From a virus: DNA of 63,725 bases. Where the stretch lies: UHGV virus genome UHGV-0036031. One strand, 5' to 3'. Under the pieces are notes generated by a model. That model saw only the letters and a program-made list of their open reading frames with translations. It did not search any database and was not told the DNA's origin. Below are positions 1 to 9,135 of the stretch, one piece after another. Made by a program: the position numbers and the translations under genes. Positions within the stretch are counted from its first letter, which is position 1. Every line of letters starts with the position of its first letter.

Positions 1-286
1 CGGCGCAAATATACAATGATCCACCACCTGACCAACACCACACCGAAAATAAACCCTACACCCCCCAGCACGGCAGCTTTCCACCTTTATTTAGAACCGT
101 TCTAAACTACTCGCAGCCTGCATCGCGCACAAGGCCAGCCGCAACCACCCCACCAACCCGTCACCCGCGCCAATCCATCAGCCACCGGACAGGGGTTGCA
201 GCAGTACGCCATGCGCGAGGGCTTCTGTTTCGGGGCGTATTGCTGCAACCCGGTGTTGTGCGGCGTGATTTTTAAGCATTAAGGCA

Positions 287-814
287 ATGGGCAAAAGGTC
301 AGACTTCCAAAGAATAGATCGGGACTACTACCCGACACCAGCAGAGGCAGTAGGTCCGTTGGTGCCACACTTGCCGCTGGCGCCGTTCTGGTACACCGAA
401 CCTTGCGGTGGCGACGGAAGACTTGTGAGGCACTTGGACGACCTGACACAAGGCCGTGCTCGATGCGAGTACGTGTGCGACCTTGAGCCGCAGATACCAG
501 AGGTTGAGCAATTCGATGCGCTGGGCATACAGTCGGCGTCCATGTTCATCACAAACCCGCCATGGGACAGGAAGGTGCTGCATCCGCTCATTGAGCACCT
601 TTCGAGCGTGGCTCCAACGTGGCTCCTGTTCGATGCCGACTGGATGCACACCAAGCAGTCGAGGCCAATGGTTCAGAGGCTCAAAAAGGTCGTGAGCGTG
701 GGCCGGGTTAGATGGATTGAAGGCACCAACATGACGGGCAAAGACAACTGCTGCTGGTATCTGTTCGAGGCCCGCGACGAAGGACAACCCGCTCAATTCT
801 TTGGAAGGCTATGA
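287..814 (+). CDS. Small DNA N-methyltransferase (N6-adenine/N4-cytosine class)
   Basis: 175-aa ORF. An 'FITNPPW' motif, (D/N)PP(Y/F/W), at aa ~88-94. A Gly-rich 'YTEPCGGDGRL' candidate SAM-binding motif I at aa ~36-46. N-terminal 'DRDYYPTP' segment. Flanked on both sides by CA-rich non-coding DNA. Confidence 0.6.
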   Translation: MGKRSDFQRIDRDYYPTPAEAVGPLVPHLPLAPFWYTEPCGGDGRLVRHLDDLTQGRARCEYVCDLEPQIPEVEQFDALGIQSASMFITNPPWDRKVLHPLIEHLSSVAPTWLLFDADWMHTKQSRPMVQRLKKVVSVGRVRWIEGTNMTGKDNCCWYLFEARDEGQPAQFFGRL

Positions 815-1235
815 GCGGTGGTATTTTCATGCCGCACAACATATCGCATGCGACATAGACCCAGACCGTAACGAGCTACCAGGGGGCATCTATTACACGC
901 CAAGGCCCTCCCATAGCCATCCAACGGTCAAGGCGGCTCTAACCCGTGGCGCAAGTAGACCGGCCAAGGGATAACATGTTGACGGCCATTGGCCCATATT
1001 CCGGCCCGCCAAGGGCATGGCGCGTCTTCCACCGCCAAAAGGTCACCCGCCCCCTCGCCCGTGGGAAAACAAGGGTGGCCCGCCCTCACATGGCACCGCG
1101 CACCGTGGGCGGCTCATGGGGCCCCTTTCCATGGCCGGGGGTGCCTCACAGCAGGCGCGGTTACCCCCTCCCACCCACCCCCGCCCCCACCACCACGGGT
1201 ACCCTTCCCCATTCTTGGTTTAGGGTTTAGGGGTT

Positions 1236-1493
1236 ATGTTTGCGTGGGTTATGCGTATACGGGTGAGTGATGTGAGGCGTTTTCGTGGTGAGTATGGGAG
1301 TTGGGAGGAGGTATGGGAGGCGAGTGAGGTGTTGGGGTTGGGGTTGAGCAAGAGTGCTGTGCGGCGGTGGTGGCGTGGTGATATGGTTGAGTTGGTGAAG
1401 GTGGAGAAGTTTTTGATGTTGATGGGATTGGAGTTGCGGGTTGTGCGGGGGCGGAAGTTGGAGGATCGACTAAGGGACCTTGGTGATGAGTGA
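1236..1493 (+). CDS. Hypothetical protein (G/T-rich codon usage)
   Basis: 85-aa ORF. It opens a co-directional series of small + strand ORFs leading to the terminase gene. Coding status uncertain because of extreme C-depletion of the strand. Confidence 0.3.
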   Translation: MFAWVMRIRVSDVRRFRGEYGSWEEVWEASEVLGLGLSKSAVRRWWRGDMVELVKVEKFLMLMGLELRVVRGRKLEDRLRDLGDE

Positions 1494-1854
1494 GAAGGAA
1501 TTGGGTGAGAAGTCTGGTGGCCTGGTGAATGGTGCCGGGAAGGAAGCCAAGAAGGACGTCAAGTCTGGTGAGGCATATTTGAGTTTGCCTGTGGTATTTT
1601 GGAGCCAGAAGGACCAGAAGTGGTCGCATGGTGGTGAGCCGTTGATGCTGGGTGTCAGGCGGTGTGATGTATTGAGTTGGAAGCCATTTGTGTTGTATGG
1701 GGCTCAGTGTGGAGCCCGGTTCAAGGAAGTGACGCACGTGGTATTGGGGATACCGAGTGTTGTGGGTGGTGTATATCAGGGCTTCACGGAGTATTTGGTG
1801 GCGTTGCCGAGTGGTGTATTGGACAGGGAGTTTGGGGTGAGGGTGTTGTGGTGA
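1480..1854 (+). CDS. Hypothetical protein
   Basis: 124-aa ORF, overlaps the preceding ORF by 14 nt. G-rich first codon positions. Confidence 0.3.
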   Translation: MVMSEKELGEKSGGLVNGAGKEAKKDVKSGEAYLSLPVVFWSQKDQKWSHGGEPLMLGVRRCDVLSWKPFVLYGAQCGARFKEVTHVVLGIPSVVGGVYQGFTEYLVALPSGVLDREFGVRVLW

Positions 1855-1879
1855 TTGGGAGGAATAAACACGAAGAGCG

Positions 1880-2185
1880 ATGGCAAGTCATTTGAAGATT
1901 GACCCTGCGGCGGAGCATGGTGACGAGTTGGTTCCGATCGAGGGGGTTGTGTTGGGGAAGGCTGTTCGGGAGAAGAGGTCTGGGAGTGCTGAGGTCGGGA
2001 CGGATCCGGGTGTTGCCCCTGCGGGTCCTGTGCCTGGGTTGAGTTCATGGCAGCCGCCTCCTGCGAAGGAGTACGGGCTCTTGTTCTCGTATGTGGGTGG
2101 TGGGAGCACGTTGGGTTGGTGGTATGACGACGAGGGGGACCGGGATGCGAAGTACACGTCGTTGGTGACGCAGTTGACCACGTGA
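1880..2185 (+). CDS. Hypothetical protein
   Basis: 101-aa ORF in the same + strand series. Confidence 0.3.
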   Translation: MASHLKIDPAAEHGDELVPIEGVVLGKAVREKRSGSAEVGTDPGVAPAGPVPGLSSWQPPPAKEYGLLFSYVGGGSTLGWWYDDEGDRDAKYTSLVTQLTT

Positions 2186-2255
2186 GGTTTACCTTCGTGG
2201 TGAGGAAGGAGTGTGGAGGGGTTGTTTGAACGAACGAAAAAACACTGATTGAAGG

Positions 2256-2564
2256 ATGGCAGTAGAGACATTGATCCCTGTGGACGCTACGGCGATCAGC
2301 GGGGAGCCTGTGAGCGTTGTGAACCTTGCGGGCTTGAGCAAGTTCACGGAGCCCCGGATGGTGGGTACTTTGCAGTACACTCCTGCGGGGAGCAGCAGCA
2401 ACTCGTGGAACGTGAACACGGTGACGACGGCGGCGGCTGCGACGAAGTACTGGCTGGTGTTCGCCAAGACCGATGGGACGTTCCAGCGATGGGAGTTCAA
2501 GGACCAGACGGACCTCAACGCGGCGTACACGACGACGCTGGGCAAGATCGACGTGACGGCGTGA
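2256..2564 (+). CDS. Hypothetical protein
   Basis: 102-aa ORF with protein-like composition ('...TKYWLVFAKTDGTFQRWEFKDQTDL...'). Confidence 0.4.
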   Translation: MAVETLIPVDATAISGEPVSVVNLAGLSKFTEPRMVGTLQYTPAGSSSNSWNVNTVTTAAAATKYWLVFAKTDGTFQRWEFKDQTDLNAAYTTTLGKIDVTA

Positions 2565-2614
2565 TGATGTGATCGGGATGGGCGGGGTGGATGTAGCCCC
2601 GCCCATTTTGTTAC

Positions 2615-3160
2615 ATGGAGACGGCGGCATGGAAGCGCATGACGGTGGGGGATGTCCTTGAGCGGCATCCCATGTCGGGCGTATTGTTCTTGCGGTGGTT
2701 GACATTGGTGGAGGGGGTATATGGCTTCGGGCGGTATTTGAGGGGTGGCATTGGTGACATGCCGGTGTTGCTGGCTTATGGGATCTTGCAGATGTTCCTT
2801 GTGGAGCAGGGTTTCGTGCTGGTGCTGGAGCATGGCAAGTGGGGGAAGGTGAAGGCGAACGTGTACAGGAGGTCGGCGGTGACGCGGCGGCTGATGCCAT
2901 GGATGAAGAACAAGTATTGGTCGCCGGACGTGGAGAGCGGCCTTGTGCGGGGTTTCATCACGGGGTTTGATGCGTTGGAGCGGCGGTTGACGATGCAGCG
3001 CCCGATAGTGGGTCGTCCATTGAACGGGGAGGGCACCGAGGACAGCGTGGTGGTGGGGGCCGACGTGGACAGGCTGCTGGAGCTGGCGAGGAAGAAGGAC
3101 ATGCGTAACCTTGAATTGTTGTTGGCGGGCGATGTTGGAGTTGGACAGGGACAATCTTGA
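2615..3160 (+). CDS. Hypothetical protein
   Basis: 181-aa ORF, ATG start verified. G-rich codon usage consistent with neighbours. Confidence 0.35.
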   Translation: METAAWKRMTVGDVLERHPMSGVLFLRWLTLVEGVYGFGRYLRGGIGDMPVLLAYGILQMFLVEQGFVLVLEHGKWGKVKANVYRRSAVTRRLMPWMKNKYWSPDVESGLVRGFITGFDALERRLTMQRPIVGRPLNGEGTEDSVVVGADVDRLLELARKKDMRNLELLLAGDVGVGQGQS

Positions 3161-3734
3161 CCGCATGGGGTCCCAGGTGGAGCTGGGGCTGCGGGCGGTG
3201 GCGGGGGTGGAGGCCACCTTCGCGGGCATGGAGTGCTATTGGAGGCTGAAGGTGCTGGAGCAGGCGCTGGCCGAGGCCCTTGACAGGGTGATGCCTTTGG
3301 CCGTGGATGAGGTCAGGGCGTGTGCCTTGCGCAAGGGCACGAAGGAGGATGTCGTGTACAATGGGCTGTTCAAGGTCAAGGAGAAGGGGGTGTTGTGGGA
3401 TGTGAGGCCCGACCCTGTGGCGTGGCAGTTCATGGACCACCCCGAGTTCAGGAAGGCGTCGGGTGCCCTGGTGAACATCAGGAAGAGGATATTGAAGGCC
3501 AGCAGGCATGGGGGTGATCCCGGATGGGAGGTGAGTCGCAACGAGGGCGTGCTGCCCATACTGGACACCTACCCATCGGGGTTCATGCCCGACGGGGACG
3601 GGGCGGGGCGGAACCGCAGCCGGTCGGACCCCCATGGGCGGGATATACGGCGCAAGAAGAGGATCTTGCAGGGCAAGGAGCAGAGGCTTCGGGCCAAGGA
3701 TGACGAACGGCTGAACAGGGGAAGCACCGAGTGA
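3111..3734 (+). CDS. Hypothetical protein; small-terminase candidate by position only
   Basis: 207-aa ORF. The more likely start is the internal ATG at ~3165, just after the stop of the previous gene. Basic C-terminus. Lies two genes upstream of the terminase large subunit. Confidence 0.35.
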   Translation: MNCCWRAMLELDRDNLDRMGSQVELGLRAVAGVEATFAGMECYWRLKVLEQALAEALDRVMPLAVDEVRACALRKGTKEDVVYNGLFKVKEKGVLWDVRPDPVAWQFMDHPEFRKASGALVNIRKRILKASRHGGDPGWEVSRNEGVLPILDTYPSGFMPDGDGAGRNRSRSDPHGRDIRRKKRILQGKEQRLRAKDDERLNRGSTE

Positions 3735-4018
3735 TGGGCAAGCTGGAACTGGTGGACACTTGGCTGGATGACCTTCGCGGAACGCGGGGGTACAGGAAGG
3801 GGGTGCCCTCCCTTGGCAACGTGCTTTCGGTGGTGACGGATATTGACAAGTGCCTGTGGCACATGAAGGAGGGGCACGGGGAGCACTGGCGCAAGGGGAT
3901 GATTCAGCGGTGCGACCTGCTGGCCAAGGAGGCCAAGGCCCTCGGTATACGGGTCAGGTACATGAAGGCCGAGATCAAGAGGGAAAGGAGGAAGATGAGG
4001 GAGGATGGGCGCATTTGA
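3731..4018 (+). CDS. Hypothetical protein
   Basis: 95-aa ORF immediately upstream of, and overlapping, the terminase gene start. Confidence 0.35.
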   Translation: MMGKLELVDTWLDDLRGTRGYRKGVPSLGNVLSVVTDIDKCLWHMKEGHGEHWRKGMIQRCDLLAKEAKALGIRVRYMKAEIKRERRKMREDGRI

Positions 4019-6299
4019 CGGCATATCGGGGAGGCCCAGGGTGCGGGGATCGCACGTGGCGCTGCTCAAGGAGCTGGGCGAAAGGGGCATGGCCCTCACC
4101 GGCGACGAGGTGGGCCTGCTCGTGGAGGTCGGGGTGATGACCCCCCAGGAGGGGGAGGCCCGCATAGACCACGACCAGAAGAGGGCCGTCTTCGGGGAGC
4201 TGGACCGGGACGTGCTCCAGGAGAAGGAATACCTTGACAGGTGCAAGGGCATCAAGGTCCCCGATGTCATCCGCAAGGAGGACTGGGATTGCAGGGAACC
4301 CGCCGAGTTCGACGAGGGGTTCGTCAGGTTCATCCTCTCACACAAGGACAGGTTCTGCGACCTTGCGCCGTACAGGCCCCTGTACCTGTACATCACGCAG
4401 GCAAGGAGGTGGATGGACGATGAGGTGCCCGACCTGTCCATGATGGACGACTATACCAGGAGGGCATGGTACCGCAGGGAGGCCGACAGGTACGACCAGA
4501 ACTCCATGTACGGGCTGATGCGCGAGCTCAAGTACAAGGAGGCTGATGCCGAGGAGGGGGAGCGGGCCTATGAGCCCACGATGGCCATGTGGCTCATGTC
4601 GTTCCTCTTCGACCAGAGGAGGTGCATGGCCATCGCCAAGGGTCGGCAGATCTCCAGCACCACCTTCTTCACCGGGGCGGCGGCCCTGAAGGTGGCACGA
4701 AGGCCCAACCTCCACGTGAAGTTCATAGCCTGCGACCTCCAGACCACCGAGGAGATCTTCGAGGACAAGCTCAAGTTCGCCTTCGGACGCTTCAGCAAGT
4801 GGGTGCGCCCCGTGGTCATCAACGACAAGGACAACATGCTGCGCGTGGCATTCAAGAGGGGGGCCGCCAAGGGGACAAGGAAGGCCGTCACCTCGAGGGT
4901 CAGCGTCAACGCCCCCAGCGCCTCGGCCATCAACGGCGGCGCCCCCGACATCATCGAGATCGACGAGGCTCCATTCCTGCCCGGAAGGCTCTTCGATGAC
5001 ATCATGAGGGAGGGAAGGCCCGTGCTCTTCAAGAAGGTGGACGGGAGGCTCAGGCTCAGGAGGCAGTTCATAGCCTGGGGAACAGGTGGAAGGGCCGTCA
5101 CCTCCAACAGCACCTTCGAGAAGTTCCACAGGACGCTCTTCGAGAGCTGGGCACAGGGGGATACCTCCGAGGGTATCGTGCCCATCTTCCTCGACTGGAC
5201 GTGCAGGCCGGGCGTCACCATCGAGTTCTACAGGCAGGAAATGGCACGGGTCATGGCATCGGTCAGGGGCAAGAGCGATGCCGACCGTGAGAGCGCCATC
5301 ATCCAGTTCCGGCAGACCATGCCCTCCAGCCTCGATGACGTGTATGCCGTGGACAGCAACACCATCGTCCCCATGAGCTTCATCGCCGCCTGCTCCGACA
5401 GGTGCGATTCCCTGCCCATGGACCTCAAGGGACATTGGGGGCGCTTCGAGCCGCTGTATGACACCTCCGAGAGGATGCACGCCGACTGCGTGGTGCCCTT
5501 CAGGATCCGGGGCGCCCAATGGGTGCCCGCCGATGAGGGTGACATATCGGCCCCCGTCTTCATGTTCATGCCACCCGAGAAGGGATGGGCCGGGCGATGG
5601 TACCAGGGCACCGACCCCATCCTCGCCGCACAGGGCCTCTCCATGCAGGCATCGGTGATATGGGATGCCGAACTGAGGACCATACCCTGCGTGGTCATGG
5701 GACGCACCAATGACCCCTATGACATGTACATGCAGACCAAGCTCATGGGCATGTACTACGCCAATGACGGCGAACAGGCGTGCCCCGAGCTTGTCGAGAA
5801 CAACATCGGCAAGGCGTACATCAAATGGATGGAGGCCCCCGAGTGGAGGCAGGTCCAGAGCCTGCTCACCAACAACAGGCTCATCGACATATTGCAGGGG
5901 GGAGGGGAGGTCATAGGCATCGACACCAAGGGCGCACGGAAGAATACCCTCGTGACGGGCATAGGAAAGAACATGCTCCTGAGCCACGGGCGCAACATCT
6001 ACATCCCGATGCTGTGGAGCCAGCTCCGCTTCTTCACCGGCACCGTGGGCGCGTCAGGCAGGGTGCTCTGGGGCGTGGACGACCGCAAGAACCACCAGGA
6101 TGACCTCGTGGACGCGGCATTCATCGCCTACGCATGCCGCATGTCCTTCCCCGCCATAAGCCCCAGAAGGACGGTCAAGGAGGATGATGGGGAGGACGGA
6201 CAAGGGGGCAGGCTGCGGTACAAGCTCATGTTCGACCGCCGCAGCGGACGCAACATCAAGGTGCCCGTAAGGGCGGACAAGGGTAACTTGGCGGCCTGA
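4005..6299 (+). CDS. terL: Terminase large subunit with an ~200-aa N-terminal extension
   Basis: 764-aa ORF with AGGAGG upstream. A deviant Walker A 'AIAKGRQISSTTFF' at aa ~212. Walker B 'DIIEIDEAPF'. C-terminal acidic nuclease motif 'HQDDLVDAAFIAYA'. Gene order terminase -> putative portal. Confidence 0.8.
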   Translation: MGAFDGISGRPRVRGSHVALLKELGERGMALTGDEVGLLVEVGVMTPQEGEARIDHDQKRAVFGELDRDVLQEKEYLDRCKGIKVPDVIRKEDWDCREPAEFDEGFVRFILSHKDRFCDLAPYRPLYLYITQARRWMDDEVPDLSMMDDYTRRAWYRREADRYDQNSMYGLMRELKYKEADAEEGERAYEPTMAMWLMSFLFDQRRCMAIAKGRQISSTTFFTGAAALKVARRPNLHVKFIACDLQTTEEIFEDKLKFAFGRFSKWVRPVVINDKDNMLRVAFKRGAAKGTRKAVTSRVSVNAPSASAINGGAPDIIEIDEAPFLPGRLFDDIMREGRPVLFKKVDGRLRLRRQFIAWGTGGRAVTSNSTFEKFHRTLFESWAQGDTSEGIVPIFLDWTCRPGVTIEFYRQEMARVMASVRGKSDADRESAIIQFRQTMPSSLDDVYAVDSNTIVPMSFIAACSDRCDSLPMDLKGHWGRFEPLYDTSERMHADCVVPFRIRGAQWVPADEGDISAPVFMFMPPEKGWAGRWYQGTDPILAAQGLSMQASVIWDAELRTIPCVVMGRTNDPYDMYMQTKLMGMYYANDGEQACPELVENNIGKAYIKWMEAPEWRQVQSLLTNNRLIDILQGGGEVIGIDTKGARKNTLVTGIGKNMLLSHGRNIYIPMLWSQLRFFTGTVGASGRVLWGVDDRKNHQDDLVDAAFIAYACRMSFPAISPRRTVKEDDGEDGQGGRLRYKLMFDRRSGRNIKVPVRADKGNLAA

Positions 6300-6301
6300 A
6301 G

Positions 6302-6901
6302 ATGAAAAGCGACGAACTCATCGCCAAAGGGTACTACCAGCTGTTCCGGCCCACCGGGAAGGCGGACCTGCTGGCCGACTACCCCGAACTCAGGGGCGTG
6401 GCCAGCTTCGCCGCCCTGTCACCACCCAAGATGATGTTCGTCTGGTGGTACGCCGCACGATGGTCGCCCGCACAGGTGCTCCGCGATGACAAGGACAAGG
6501 TGCGATACTGCGTGATGAAGGCGTGGGACCGCCCCCCGAAGGACATCATGGAGAAGTATGTGGCCCACCAGTGGGGCGCCGAGGTCTCCGAGGCCATAGA
6601 CGACATGAGGGGCTTCGAGCCCCTGCCCCGCGTGGTGATGAAGGCCACCTGCATGGACCTCATGGACAAGGTGAAGGGGATGCTATCCATGAGGGAGCCC
6701 ACCAAGGGCGACTTCCCCGATGTACAGGACTACTACAAGGCCGTGGGCGAATACCTCAAGGCCGTCAAGCAGGCCGTGGACCTGCAAAACACGCTGCTGC
6801 CGTACACCGAGCACAATGCCTTCGGCGTCACGCGCATGGAGAGGAGCATCGAGGAGGAGGAGGGGGAGATCGCCGAATGGCTGCTGACAAACCGTGACTG
6901 A
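6302..6901 (+). CDS. Hypothetical protein between terminase and portal
   Basis: 199-aa ORF, tightly packed (stop of terL +3 nt). Confidence 0.45.
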   Translation: MKSDELIAKGYYQLFRPTGKADLLADYPELRGVASFAALSPPKMMFVWWYAARWSPAQVLRDDKDKVRYCVMKAWDRPPKDIMEKYVAHQWGAEVSEAIDDMRGFEPLPRVVMKATCMDLMDKVKGMLSMREPTKGDFPDVQDYYKAVGEYLKAVKQAVDLQNTLLPYTEHNAFGVTRMERSIEEEEGEIAEWLLTNRD

Positions 6902-6903
6902 GG

Positions 6904-9126
6904 ATGTACCCGCGCATCACCTATGAGAATATTCCCGACATGAGCGTGGCCATGTCGAAGAAGAACGCGGATTACCGCATCCGCATGGCAAGGGCGCAGA
7001 TCTCCACCGCCGACAGGGACACCATACAGGAAATGGCCTCCACCGGCATCGACCTCGAAAAGGCCTATGCCGGGGAAATCCGTACCCAGGAGGACATCGA
7101 CACCTTCCTCACCGACGAGAACAACAACTCGCGCAACCGCGTGATGTGGAACGCCAACCTGCTCAAGCCCATCGTCGAGCAGTACCGGGGCGCAGCCCTC
7201 CAGGCCGAGTACAACGCCAGCGTCCAGCTTATCTCGCATCGCGCCGTCACCCGCAGGCAGGTGGCACGTGCCGAGGCCATGCTCATGCAGCTCGCCGCCG
7301 AGCGCAGCGAGGACATGCGCCGCATCGTCGGCGCCATGAACCCCGTGGGCGATACCATGGCCGAGGCCATGTCCATCTTCGAGGCCGCATGGAACGACCC
7401 CTACCAGAAGGCCATGCAGCACCTCGTGGAGAAGGCCGCTGAGATCGCCGGGGTCTTCAAGTACGACAACGAGAGCGCATGGAACTTCATCTTCTACGGG
7501 ATGATGGTGGACATGCTAAGGCCCGGTGGCACCTTCATCCACCGGGAAGTGATCGATCCCAAGGACTTCATCTGGGACACCTCCGCCAAGATGCTCGACC
7601 TCTCGGACGCATCATTCATGGGAACCTGCAAGAAGACCACTCTGCCGAAGATCGGGGAGCTGTGGGGAACCAGTAAGGATGACCTCGACGCCATCGTCGC
7701 AACCATACGCAATGACGGATGGGGACGCGGCAACATGAAGGTCGATGTCATCAGCCACTATTGGATAGACCGCGACATCAAGGAGGTCGGCTTCGTGGAC
7801 GAGGGCGGCGTGCCCACCATGGTGGTCTTCGGCAAGGACAAGAAGGTGTCCTACAACGACCTCATCGACCCGCCGGAGGCCCTGCGCGACGAGTTCGGGG
7901 GCAAGAGGACCAAGCGAAGCGAGGTCGAGGTGGTGATGTATTCCGACTTCATCCCCTACGAGAGCCTGGCGGCGCTGTCCAAGGGTCGCCTAGGAGACAG
8001 GATCCCCGACATTGAGCTGTCCGGCGGCGTGTACGACCTCCAGCCCTACAACCCCTATGATGCCCTGCGGGTGTCGCTGCCCTTCGCCGCAAGGGTCTAT
8101 GCCCTCGCCGACGGCAAGGTGGTCTCCCCCGTGCAGGCCATCAAGGACCCCAACAGGTTCGTGGCCCGCGTGCTCGGCGCCATGGAGGCACAGATGAACG
8201 TCAGCGGCGGAAGGACCGTGGGCGTGGACATGGACATGGTGGACCCCAGGATGACCGAGACGGACATCGACATCGCCATCAAGCAGGGCAAGCCCATCGG
8301 CTTCCACAACGGCGGGCGCGGCATCAGCAACGCCATCCATGTCTTCGATAGCGGCGCCGGAAGCGGCACCTATGCCATGCTCCAGATCGTGCAGGCCGTG
8401 CAGGAAATGGTGCGCACCATCACCGGCGTCCACGGGCCCATGATGGGCGAGGGCCAGAGGGACATGCTCAACGGCGTCACCGAAATACTCATCCGCCGGG
8501 GCGTCACCATGCAGGAGGCGTTCCACGGCCCCATGGCCCAGCAGAAGGAGCAGGTGTTCCGCATGCTCGCCACCTCGGGAAAGGAATACTACCTGTCCCG
8601 CCCCGACGTGCTCATGGACATGGTGACCGAGGAGGACCTCATCCCCCTGTACTTCACCGCTGACATGGCCATGGAGCGGTGCAACGGCACCGTGCGCCGC
8701 GAGAACACCGAGCGCGACCGCCGAGCACTGGCGAACCAGTGGCTCGACCAGCTCATCCAGCTCGGGCTGATCGACCGCACACGCTATGCCGACCTCTACA
8801 ACCGCGCCTACCCCGAGGACGTGTCCGTGGCCCTGCGCCAGTATGACGCCGAGCTCAGGCAGGCCGAGAAGGCACAGCAGCGCGAACAGGCCAAGCAGAA
8901 GATGATGGGGGCGCTGGCACAGGAGAAGATGATGCTCCAACAGCGGCAGGACAAGCTCGACGCCGACCGCCAGAAGAGCGCCGACATGCTCGCCAAGGAG
9001 GACGCCAAGGCACGGACCTCGCTGGCGCGTGAGCAGTTGAAGGCCGCGAACAAGGCCGACCAGACGATGCTGGAGGCCGACATCGAACGCTCACTTGCGA
9101 TGGAGGGTGCGGGCAATTCAGTGTAA
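6904..9126 (+). CDS. Putative portal protein
   Basis: 740-aa ORF directly downstream of the terminase module. The size fits a portal. The C-terminal ~120 aa is Gln/Lys/Glu-rich coiled-coil. No motif-level proof. Confidence 0.5.
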   Translation: MYPRITYENIPDMSVAMSKKNADYRIRMARAQISTADRDTIQEMASTGIDLEKAYAGEIRTQEDIDTFLTDENNNSRNRVMWNANLLKPIVEQYRGAALQAEYNASVQLISHRAVTRRQVARAEAMLMQLAAERSEDMRRIVGAMNPVGDTMAEAMSIFEAAWNDPYQKAMQHLVEKAAEIAGVFKYDNESAWNFIFYGMMVDMLRPGGTFIHREVIDPKDFIWDTSAKMLDLSDASFMGTCKKTTLPKIGELWGTSKDDLDAIVATIRNDGWGRGNMKVDVISHYWIDRDIKEVGFVDEGGVPTMVVFGKDKKVSYNDLIDPPEALRDEFGGKRTKRSEVEVVMYSDFIPYESLAALSKGRLGDRIPDIELSGGVYDLQPYNPYDALRVSLPFAARVYALADGKVVSPVQAIKDPNRFVARVLGAMEAQMNVSGGRTVGVDMDMVDPRMTETDIDIAIKQGKPIGFHNGGRGISNAIHVFDSGAGSGTYAMLQIVQAVQEMVRTITGVHGPMMGEGQRDMLNGVTEILIRRGVTMQEAFHGPMAQQKEQVFRMLATSGKEYYLSRPDVLMDMVTEEDLIPLYFTADMAMERCNGTVRRENTERDRRALANQWLDQLIQLGLIDRTRYADLYNRAYPEDVSVALRQYDAELRQAEKAQQREQAKQKMMGALAQEKMMLQQRQDKLDADRQKSADMLAKEDAKARTSLAREQLKAANKADQTMLEADIERSLAMEGAGNSV

Positions 9127-9135
9127 CGTTTACAT

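Noticed and set aside
1217-1233. GGTTTAGGGTTTAGGGG (two plant-telomere-type TTTAGGG units)
   Set aside because: Only two units. It is most likely a chance G-rich sequence at the skew boundary. It is mentioned inside the composition-switch finding rather than as a telomere.
1249-3635. Long minus-strand ORFs (1249..1737, 1776..2900, 2189..3229, 2958..3635) encoding Pro/Ser/His-rich low-complexity proteins
   Set aside because: They are artefacts of the extreme C-depletion of the + strand. The complementary strand is C/A-rich and nearly stop-free. The + strand small ORFs are the plausible genes.
4338-5987. 549-aa antisense ORF inside the terminase gene. Similar long antisense ORFs occur inside the portal gene (7990..8940, 8808..9743), the capsid gene (9744..11765), the giant ORF (23798..25207, 25823..27130) and the DnaB region
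   Set aside because: High-GC genomes generate long stop-free antisense frames. The sense ORFs carry clear functional motifs (Walker A/B and others).
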